From: an uncultured Eubacteriales bacterium
GTDB lineage: Bacteria > Bacillota > Clostridia > TANB77 > RGIG9151
Direction: 5' to 3'
DNA: 26,470 nucleotides
Assembly (NCBI GenBank): GCA_964475435.1
Contig: CAYYWT010000005.1
Coordinates: forward strand, 1 to 26,470
Part shown: in pieces, positions 19,238-25,700 of the stretch
Layout: each line of letters opens with the position of its first letter
Numbering within the stretch: the stretch's first letter is position 1
Translations under genes and position numbers: made by a program
Notes under the pieces: model-generated
The model's input: only the letters and a program-made list of their open reading frames with translations
Told to the model about the DNA's origin: nothing
Databases searched by the model: none

Positions 19238-22029
19238 ATTTTATTCACAGCCAGTCCAACGCCTGCTATTGCTAAAAGTCCAACAGAAACTGCGGCAACT
19301 GGAAGAGCATTTCCTTTACTTGAACTATTGCCACCCCCATTATTTCCTGAAGAATTGCCGGACCCTCCGCCACTCGAACCACCGTATGAGCCTCCACTTG
19401 TTGAAGTAGAATCCAGTTCATAAACATAAATACCTCTTTTTAATTCTCTTTCTATTTCATCTACTAAATCTTCATTCTCATACTTTGCCGTTGCTGTAAT
19501 AATTAATTGTGCAACTTCATTACCGGAAGTTGATACACCCGTAACCTGTCCTTTTATATATCCTTTTGAATCAGGCGTAGACGCTCCGCTTGCCGTTATT
19601 CCTCCGCTACTTTCCCAAGTAACCTGTATATCTTCATATTTTACAAGATTTTTACTATTATAGTAATCTTGTACTTCTTGACGATCAGATTTTCCATATC
19701 CATATAAAGATTTACAATAAATAGTAATATCCTTTGTTTCCCCTACCTTAATCGAATTAAACACATCAGATGTAAATCTTAAAACAAATTGCGCTCTCTC
19801 CGGAGCTTCTTTTATTAATTCTATCGTTTCTAATCTTTTTTCGCCAAAATTATTTTCAACAGTTACATCCATTTCGGTTCTTGTAGGCTGCATATATCCA
19901 TCTTTTAATTCAACAGTTATTATTCTTTCATCGTCACGTTTTTCAAATTTAATGTCAAAAGCTTCTCTTGCATACTCATCTTTTACATCCCATTTTAATG
20001 TAATACAATTATTATCTTTTCTTCCGTCAGTCCATTTTAAATTATTATCATAAACAGAGCCATATTGTATTGCTAAATCTTTTTCAACTCCGGTTATAAT
20101 TACATCTATTTCAGTTGTTTCATCCTTTACAACAAAAAACTGAGATTGTAAAATATCAATTCCAAAGTCTCTAGAATGTATTTTTTGCGGTTCTGTTTGT
20201 CCACTGCCTTTTTCATAATAACAAATTATACACATATCAACATCTTTATCATCATTATGTTTATATCTATGCTCAGCCTTCGTTCCCGCAATACCTTTTG
20301 TATAATATTCACATTCGGTGTAATAACATCTTTTTAGATGTCCCGATTCAGGATTTTCCGGATCCGGGAAATATTCCCCGTAACTACATACGTGTCTTCT
20401 ATTCACAACCGCTCCGCTATTTCCATCAACCGGTGCCTCAGGCGAATGACTTGGCCCTTCTATGTTTGTACTTCCACTTGAACTTGGAGTAGGGCTTGGT
20501 GTTACACCCGGACTTGTACCTCCACTTGTGCTTGGACTTGATGTTCCTCCAGAGCTTGTACTTCCACTCGTGCTTGGACTTGATGTTCCTCCAGAGCTTG
20601 TACTTCCACTCGTGCTTGGACTTGATGTTCCTCCAGAGTTTGTACTTCCACTCGTGTTTGGACTTGATGTTCCTCCATTTGTATTTGTCCCCTCACTTGG
20701 GCTTGTACTTATACTTGGACTCAGAGTTTGCTCCGGTACACTAATATAAATTATAATTTTTATAACTTTCTTTATTCTATATAGTTCTTTTTGAATATCA
20801 ATTTCTTCGTATTGTATTTTTTTATCGAATTCATTAAGTTCTGTTTCTGAATATGTTTTTTCTTTGTTGTCAATTTTTTGTTTTAAATATTCCAATTCTT
20901 CTTTGCTATATTTAACAATATTCTTTTTCAGCGATTCTTCAATCTTATCTTTTATACACTCTAATTTATTATTAAGCCATATATTCACTTCTACCGGATC
21001 TTCTGATGCATTTATCGCTTTAAATAAAATTTTATTTTCTGATCCCTTCTTTATATTAACTTTTAATATATCTTTATCCCATCTAAAAGCACTGAAATCT
21101 ACGTATTCATTTATATTTATTGTCTTATTCTTTTCCTTATAAGTAACATTAATCTCTCCTTCAGCTTGCTCATTAACTTCTAAAGTATACTCCGTTGGTT
21201 TTACTTCAAAGCTTAAGTCACCACCAACAACTACACAACTTGCTTCATATTCGCCATATGTAACAGAAACAACCGCTATACCTTCTCTAAGCGTTTCTAT
21301 ATTTCCATCATTGTCAATCTTTACAACATTCGGCATACTGGATTTCCATTTATATCCCTCTTTGCTTTCAGGAATTTCTATACCTTCAGGAATAAACTTA
21401 GCTACAAGAGTATCTTTATCACCAACTTTATATTCCGCATATTCATATTCATTAATTTGTAATTTAGCAACATATAGTTTGTTACAAAGTTCATATTCGC
21501 AATATCCATTATTGCTACTTCCACCATAATGTTTCTGGCTTTCAAATCTATACGGACAATCAGTTAAAACACACCTATACCAATGATATGTCAAATCAGA
21601 TTCAACATAAATCGTCTCTAAATGTTCCTCTTTTTCATAAACAAAATCACAATCTTTATACGAACATTTATACCAATGATATGTATCATCAGTTTTTATA
21701 TTTTCAACATCTAAGCCGTGAGTTTGATATATCGCTCCACACACACTACATTTTCCGTTATTTTCGTGATTTCCACCAATATGACTATCATTATATTCAT
21801 ATAAACAACCGGCAACATCACACTTAAAAATATGATTTTCACCTAAATCATCATATGTCCATTTTCCGGATGGGTTATGAACTTCCTTCAAACCACACTT
21901 TGTACACTTCGTGTTATGTACTCCATACTGTAAATCTTCTATTTCAAAAGTATGTTGACATTCAGCAAAAGAAATATTCAGTGTTATAAAAACAAAAAAT
22001 ATAAAACTAAAAAATAATCCTTTTTTCAC
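19225..22029 (-). CDS. Large modular cell-surface protein (signal peptide, Cys/His-rich modules, Big_2/Ig-like domains, S/T/G/P tandem-repeat linker, C-terminal TM anchor)
   Basis: 934-aa ORF. Signal peptide MKKGLFFSFIFFVFITLNISFA. Repeated H-x3-C-x2-4-C-x5-13-H units in residues ~23-185 and again at ~545-600. Big_2-like segment KWKSSMPNVVKIDNDGNIETLREGIAVVSVTY. GGTSSPSTSGSTSS repeats. Gly/Ser-rich stalk, then LPVAAVSVGLLAIAGVGLAVNKMTKR at the C-terminus. Confidence 0.8.
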   Translation of the reverse strand: MKKGLFFSFIFFVFITLNISFAECQHTFEIEDLQYGVHNTKCTKCGLKEVHNPSGKWTYDDLGENHIFKCDVAGCLYEYNDSHIGGNHENNGKCSVCGAIYQTHGLDVENIKTDDTYHWYKCSYKDCDFVYEKEEHLETIYVESDLTYHWYRCVLTDCPYRFESQKHYGGSSNNGYCEYELCNKLYVAKLQINEYEYAEYKVGDKDTLVAKFIPEGIEIPESKEGYKWKSSMPNVVKIDNDGNIETLREGIAVVSVTYGEYEASCVVVGGDLSFEVKPTEYTLEVNEQAEGEINVTYKEKNKTININEYVDFSAFRWDKDILKVNIKKGSENKILFKAINASEDPVEVNIWLNNKLECIKDKIEESLKKNIVKYSKEELEYLKQKIDNKEKTYSETELNEFDKKIQYEEIDIQKELYRIKKVIKIIIYISVPEQTLSPSISTSPSEGTNTNGGTSSPNTSGSTNSGGTSSPSTSGSTSSGGTSSPSTSGSTSSGGTSSPSTSGGTSPGVTPSPTPSSSGSTNIEGPSHSPEAPVDGNSGAVVNRRHVCSYGEYFPDPENPESGHLKRCYYTECEYYTKGIAGTKAEHRYKHNDDKDVDMCIICYYEKGSGQTEPQKIHSRDFGIDILQSQFFVVKDETTEIDVIITGVEKDLAIQYGSVYDNNLKWTDGRKDNNCITLKWDVKDEYAREAFDIKFEKRDDERIITVELKDGYMQPTRTEMDVTVENNFGEKRLETIELIKEAPERAQFVLRFTSDVFNSIKVGETKDITIYCKSLYGYGKSDRQEVQDYYNSKNLVKYEDIQVTWESSGGITASGASTPDSKGYIKGQVTGVSTSGNEVAQLIITATAKYENEDLVDEIERELKRGIYVYELDSTSTSGGSYGGSSGGGSGNSSGNNGGGNSSSKGNALPVAAVSVGLLAIAGVGLAVNKMTKR
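20513..20680 (-). repeat. In-frame 42-bp tandem repeat, 4 units (encodes GGTSSPSTSGSTSS)
   Basis: Units start at 20513, 20555, 20597 and 20639. Units 2 and 3 are identical and the outer units are degenerate. More degenerate copies flank the array. Confidence 0.9.
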
Positions 22030-22058
22030 ATTACCACCTCGTCCGTATATTTATCGAC

Positions 22059-22100
22059 AAAAAAAGAGTATAATATTACCTCTATTATACTCTTTTTTTC
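22059..22100 (-). terminator. Intrinsic terminator after the DUF234-type ATPase gene
   Basis: agagtataat (22065-22074) pairs with attatactct (22084-22093), flanked by an A-run and a T-run, so it could act in both directions. Confidence 0.75.
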
Positions 22101-22124
22101 TTATTTAGACAACATAATATATAT

Positions 22125-23489
22125 TTATTTTTTTGAAAAGAAAAATCCGATTTTTTTAGGTTTAACAAAACTATCACTTACCATATCCGAAAAAGAAATA
22201 AGTTTCAAATCATCTCTTACTTTTTCAAGTTCCAACAACTCTTTAGTAAAGCCACCTTTTGAAAACAAATAATAATCTCTTTCTATAACGTCTACATCTT
22301 TTGCTTTTTTTTCAAGATTATTCAATTCCTCTATTCCAACATTATCTTTATTCCAAAAACAATCAGCAACAATCGCCTCAAGTCCGCTTCCGGCAATAAT
22401 ATCTATTTTTTCATCTTTATTCCACCAAATATTATTTTCTTTAATATCTAATTTTATTTTATCTTCCTTTTTCATTTTATTAATATAATCTCTACATAAA
22501 TCCGGAAATTTAGTTTCTAAATAAAGATTCATATTCTTTTCTACTTTTTCTTCAAAAACTTTATCTCCTTTATTAAGAGATATATCACTTATATTTTCCG
22601 GTACAAAATAATACCAAAAATTCATAACAGGATTAACAATTTTATATCTACTCTTTCTTGTATCTTTTCCGAAAGCTGGTTTTATCTTTTCAATTATTCC
22701 TAAAGAAATCATAACAGTAATATACTTATTACAAATACTAGTCGGCATATCAACATACTCAGAAATATCGTTTAACGTAGATGCACCCTTAGCTACAGCC
22801 TCCAAGATAATATTATAAATTTGAGTTTCTCTAAGCTCTTTTTTTAATATCTTTTTAGGTTCAAAATAAAAATAACCGTTTTTATTAAGAAATCCATCTA
22901 TAATATTCGCTTTTAACCCTTTTGTATAATCAACTTTATTCCTATACTCTTTTTTCGTACCTAAAATAGCATAATACTTAAACTTATCCTCAGCAGACAT
23001 GTTATCTTCTTGATTTAACGTATAAAAATTTTTTATATTACTTAATTCTTTATTTATCAAATATTTAGTAAGTTTACTTTTCTCAAATTTATTAGCAAAT
23101 GATGCACTATGAGATATAAAAATAACCATATTGTTAGTACTCTTTAACGCCTTTAACATCTTTTCTACTTCTAAAAAATCAGAATCATCAATAACTTCTT
23201 CAATTCCTTCTATTATCCAAATCATTCTGTTCCTTGCATTACTTACAATATAATCACAAGTTTCTTCTAAAGTAACCTCTTTCTTAGATGTATCCTTCAT
23301 TTCAAAGAATATATTCATTTCTTTATATAGCCTATTTATATTATTTTGCTTTCCAAATTCTAACGCTGAAAAGAAAAAGGCTTTTTTATTTGTAATAAAA
23401 TTTTTAATATCTTCTATCGTATTTTCTCCCGGTTCTTCTCTTATAAAAATAAAAGAAAATTCTCCCTTTTCAAACTCATCTTGAAACAT
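22125..23489 (-). CDS. DUF234/archaeal-type ATPase family protein with degenerate Walker motifs
   Basis: 454-aa ORF. The central and C-terminal parts look like the ATPase+DUF234 family: winged-helix segment LNDISEYVDMPTSICNKYITVMISLGIIEK, NFWYYFV, and the C-terminal IDIIA...DCFW...YYLFSKGGFT. Where the family has F-x-F-x-x-IYGRRRVGKT, this protein reads FSFIFIREEPGENT. Confidence 0.65.
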   Translation of the reverse strand: MFQDEFEKGEFSFIFIREEPGENTIEDIKNFITNKKAFFFSALEFGKQNNINRLYKEMNIFFEMKDTSKKEVTLEETCDYIVSNARNRMIWIIEGIEEVIDDSDFLEVEKMLKALKSTNNMVIFISHSASFANKFEKSKLTKYLINKELSNIKNFYTLNQEDNMSAEDKFKYYAILGTKKEYRNKVDYTKGLKANIIDGFLNKNGYFYFEPKKILKKELRETQIYNIILEAVAKGASTLNDISEYVDMPTSICNKYITVMISLGIIEKIKPAFGKDTRKSRYKIVNPVMNFWYYFVPENISDISLNKGDKVFEEKVEKNMNLYLETKFPDLCRDYINKMKKEDKIKLDIKENNIWWNKDEKIDIIAGSGLEAIVADCFWNKDNVGIEELNNLEKKAKDVDVIERDYYLFSKGGFTKELLELEKVRDDLKLISFSDMVSDSFVKPKKIGFFFSKK

Positions 23490-23580
23490 TTTTTACGCTC
23501 CTTACTTATAAACTTTTAAGTATATTATATTTAAATAAGCGTAACCTGTCAATGTTTTAAGGTCTTAACAAATTTTTTAT

Positions 23581-23670
23581 AAATTGACTCTACACTTCCC
23601 ACAAAAAATATTTTTGGTAAGCGAGGTACAGTACAATACATTATGAATTTTATGATTTTTTTACAGCCCC
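23581..23670 (+). repeat. Solo copy of the right arm of the 14693-14938 element
   Basis: aaattgactctacacttcccacaaaaaatatttttggtaagcgaggtacagtacaatacattatgaattttatgatttttttacagcccc is near-identical to 14841-14930, with a few substitutions and indels. Same orientation. Confidence 0.85.
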
Positions 23671-23692
23671 AAACAATTAATCTAAATAGTAA

Positions 23693-24772
23693 CTATCTTT
23701 TTGTTCCAACAGCTACTACTAAATCTTGGATTTCTCCATCTCTTAAAATTTTTACTCTCATCTTTTCATCAATCTCTTTAGAAAACAAAATTGTTCTCAT
23801 TTTACACAACGTATCTAATTCTAAATCATCAATAGAAAGTATTATATCGCCTTTTTTTATTCCGGATTTATATGCCGGACTTCCGTTTTCAACATCATAT
23901 ACATATATACCTGTATCAATTATTACTTTTGATGCAAAACTTGAAGTAATGGCTCTATCATATCCTAAAACGCCAAAATAAGGTTCCTTAAATTCTCCGG
24001 TTTCCTTAAATTTTTCTATTATAGGTTTTATCTGATTAACAGGAATAGCAAATCCAATCCCTTCTGCGCTTGCAACCTTTACAGTATTAATCCCAATAAC
24101 TTCCCCTTTACCATTCATAAGTGGTCCACCACTATTTCCACTATTAATACTCGCATCAGTTTGAATTAAATCTTCCATATAATTTCCTTCTACCTCTATA
24201 CTTCTGTTAAGTCCGCTTATAACTCCCGAAGTTAAAGTACCTTGAAATTCAAAACCTAACGGATTTCCAATAGCTATTGCTTTCTCTCCTATTCTAAGAC
24301 TATCCGAATCCCCCATAATAGCAGAAGGAAGACCCGCAACATCAATTTTTATAACTGCCAAATCCATATTCTTATTAGACCAAACAGCTCTTCCCTTTAT
24401 AACTTCTCCGCCATATAAAGTAACATATATTTCATCTTTTACATTCCCTATGACATGATAATTTGTAACTATATAACCTTTAGAATCCAGGATACATCCA
24501 CTTCCCACGCTCCAACTATTATCAAGTGTTGTCGCAAGTTTGTTTCCTGAATTTTGTTTAACCGCAATTCCTACAACAGAACTTGTTGAAACAACTGAAT
24601 TACTTTCCTCATTGACAAATTCTATATTTTTAACCTTATCACTTTCGTATGAAATATATTCTAAATTTTCCGTATTATTTTTCTTATCGCTAACTATGTT
24701 ATCTAGTCCTACTAAAGCAAAAACAATAACTAAAACAGAAGTTATACCCGAAACTAAAATAGATTTAAACAT
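23693..24772 (-). CDS. htrA: HtrA/DegP-family serine protease with PDZ domain
   Basis: 359-aa ORF. N-terminal TM helix. Trypsin-like domain with TNYHV (His), DLAVIKI (Asp) and GNSGGPL (Ser). C-terminal PDZ (GSPAYKSGIKKGDIILSID). Confidence 0.9.
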   Translation of the reverse strand: MFKSILVSGITSVLVIVFALVGLDNIVSDKKNNTENLEYISYESDKVKNIEFVNEESNSVVSTSSVVGIAVKQNSGNKLATTLDNSWSVGSGCILDSKGYIVTNYHVIGNVKDEIYVTLYGGEVIKGRAVWSNKNMDLAVIKIDVAGLPSAIMGDSDSLRIGEKAIAIGNPLGFEFQGTLTSGVISGLNRSIEVEGNYMEDLIQTDASINSGNSGGPLMNGKGEVIGINTVKVASAEGIGFAIPVNQIKPIIEKFKETGEFKEPYFGVLGYDRAITSSFASKVIIDTGIYVYDVENGSPAYKSGIKKGDIILSIDDLELDTLCKMRTILFSKEIDEKMRVKILRDGEIQDLVVAVGTKR

Positions 24773-24870
24773 ATTTTCATCATTCCTTTTGTTTTTATTA
24801 TTTTAGTATGGCTTTTTTAGTCAAAATAATGTATAATAATTCTAGCATTTTTCGAAAGGCGTTGATAACT

Positions 24871-24966
24871 ATGAATATAAATACTTTAAAGAAAGTACTA
24901 CTTTATTTAGCTTATTTTGCATTATTCTATTTTGCGATAAAATTACTTCTTTCATTATTCATTTAA
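24871..24966 (+). CDS. Possible 31-aa hydrophobic small protein (MNINTLKKVLLYLAYFALFYFAIKLLLSLFI)
   Basis: Not in the ORF track because it is too short. TATAAT at 24832-24837, GAAAGG ~10 nt before the ATG, one predicted TM helix, and a strong terminator 7 nt after the stop. Confidence 0.35.
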   Translation: MNINTLKKVLLYLAYFALFYFAIKLLLSLFI

Positions 24967-24972
24967 AACCTT

Positions 24973-24997
24973 AAAACACAGGTGTATCCTGTGTTTT
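24973..24997. terminator. Bidirectional terminator between the small ORF and the Cys-rich gene
   Basis: aaaacacagg (24973-24982) pairs with cctgtgtttt (24988-24997), loop tgtat. T-rich on both strands. Confidence 0.8.
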
Positions 24998-25000
24998 GTT

Positions 25001-25261
25001 TTACCAACTATATCTTGCATACCTGTCTACATAAGTACATCGACAGCATCTTGTCATATCTCTAATTGCCCAAAATAACAAAGGAGAAATAAAATCATTG
25101 CATCCGCAACAATTATTTTGACAACATAGTCCAAAATTAGGACCGCAACAATTATTAAATCCACACATTCTCCCACAATTACAGCAATTCCTACGACAAC
25201 AAAAATTATTATAACCGCAATTACAATTTCTATTACAACAACCACATCTATTACAACCCAT
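25001..25261 (-). CDS. 86-aa extremely cysteine-rich protein (22 Cys)
   Basis: Start moved to the internal ATG (residue 21 of the 106-aa track ORF), which is preceded by AAGGGGTG plus 5 nt. Sequence: MGCNRCGCCNRNCNCGYNNFCCRRNCCNCGRMCGFNNCCGPNFGLCCQNNCCGCNDFISPLLFWAIRDMTRCCRCTYVDRYARYSW. No family recognised. Confidence 0.6.
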   Translation of the reverse strand: MGCNRCGCCNRNCNCGYNNFCCRRNCCNCGRMCGFNNCCGPNFGLCCQNNCCGCNDFISPLLFWAIRDMTRCCRCTYVDRYARYSW

Positions 25262-25298
25262 TTTTTCACCCCTTATACAGTTTATGAAATAAGGCAAT

Positions 25299-25330
25299 AA
25301 AAAAGATACACCCGCAAACACGGATGTATC
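25299..25330 (-). terminator. Intrinsic terminator downstream of the FGE-like gene
   Basis: Minus strand reads ggatacatccg-tgtttg-cgggtgtatc followed by TTTTTT. 10-bp stem with one mismatch. Confidence 0.65.
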
Positions 25331-25349
25331 CTTAACTTTAAACCATTTT

Positions 25350-25378
25350 CCGGGGAAGATACAATGTATCTTCCCCGG
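25350..25378. other. Perfect 13-bp hairpin
   Basis: ccggggaagatac-aat-gtatcttccccgg. A T-tract (ttttagcttctttttt) follows only on the plus strand. Confidence 0.7.
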
Positions 25379-25471
25379 TTTTAGCTTCTTTTTTATTCTT
25401 TCAACTTTCTACTCCATAATTAGCTTACATAATTAAGCGATTTTGCGTTACCGCTCCAGGGACCAGATTCC

Positions 25472-25493
25472 TGTCGTGCGCTTGCGCACTACA
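25472..25493 (-). promoter_or_regulatory. GC-stem/4-nt-loop hairpin downstream of the putative variable region (DGR target-recognition-like)
   Basis: Minus strand reads tgtagtgcg-caag-cgcacgaca (5 GC-rich bp, one mismatch, 3 bp). It starts ~45 nt 3' of the stop codon, inside the GC-rich block. Confidence 0.45.
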
Positions 25494-25537
25494 AGTGAAA
25501 GCGTCCTTGCGGCAAAGCCGTTCAAAAAGAGCTTTCA

Positions 25538-25700
25538 CTACCGTATCGCGAGAACGGGACGGAAACCGCGGTTGTCGATAGAATTGCCGCCAGCGCTGAG
25601 GAAACAGAAGACCCCGGCGCCAGACGCAGAGCTGCAGCGACCACCGCGTAAGAAAACAGGGGTGCGGGAATACGGCGCGCTCGAGTAATCTCCATCCCAT
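25538..25700 (-). other. Putative DGR variable region (VR) at the 3' end of the target gene
   Basis: Roughly 60-65% G+C inside a ~30% G+C gene. About 9% A on the coding strand by hand count. Codons are mostly NNC. Encodes the RGG...AGVF...GFR end of an FGE/C-type-lectin fold. Confidence 0.55.

Noticed and set aside
20513-20680. Possible CRISPR array
   Set aside because: The repeat units are directly contiguous with no spacers, lie in frame within a long ORF, and encode a coherent S/T/G/P linker. No cas genes are present.
20462-20749. Three overlapping ORFs (20462-20749 +, 20496-20744 +, 20502-20696 -) with repetitive translations
   Set aside because: They are alternative-frame or antisense readings of the 42-bp tandem repeat inside the 934-aa surface-protein gene. 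They have no independent start signals.
24846-24859. 14-nt exact match (catttttcgaaagg) to the left end of the MITE-like element at 14687-14700
   Set aside because: It is too short to distinguish from chance in AT-rich DNA, and similarity stops immediately afterwards. Here the sequence simply supplies the ribosome-binding site of the small ORF.
25199-25266. An apparent frame inconsistency when I hand-translated across the A-run near 25201 and the T-run near 25260
   Set aside because: My manual count of the homopolymer lengths disagreed by one base at each run, in compensating directions. The supplied ORF track reads through cleanly in two frames, so I treat this as my own counting error and use track-derived coordinates.
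25054-25269. 71-aa Val/Ile-rich ORF (MKKWVVIDVVVVIEIV...)
   Set aside because: It is a +1-frame shadow of the Cys-rich gene, where TGT/AAT-rich codons read as GTT/ATT. It has a GTG start without a ribosome-binding site, whereas the Cys-rich frame has a strong AAGGGGTG site.
25436-25537. Whether the GC-rich DNA after the stop is the DGR template repeat, or an SRP/other housekeeping RNA
   Set aside because: By eye it has no similarity to the putative VR, so it is not a TR. I could not find SRP domain IV, tRNA T-loop or other signature motifs. It remains a structured 3' region of unknown role.
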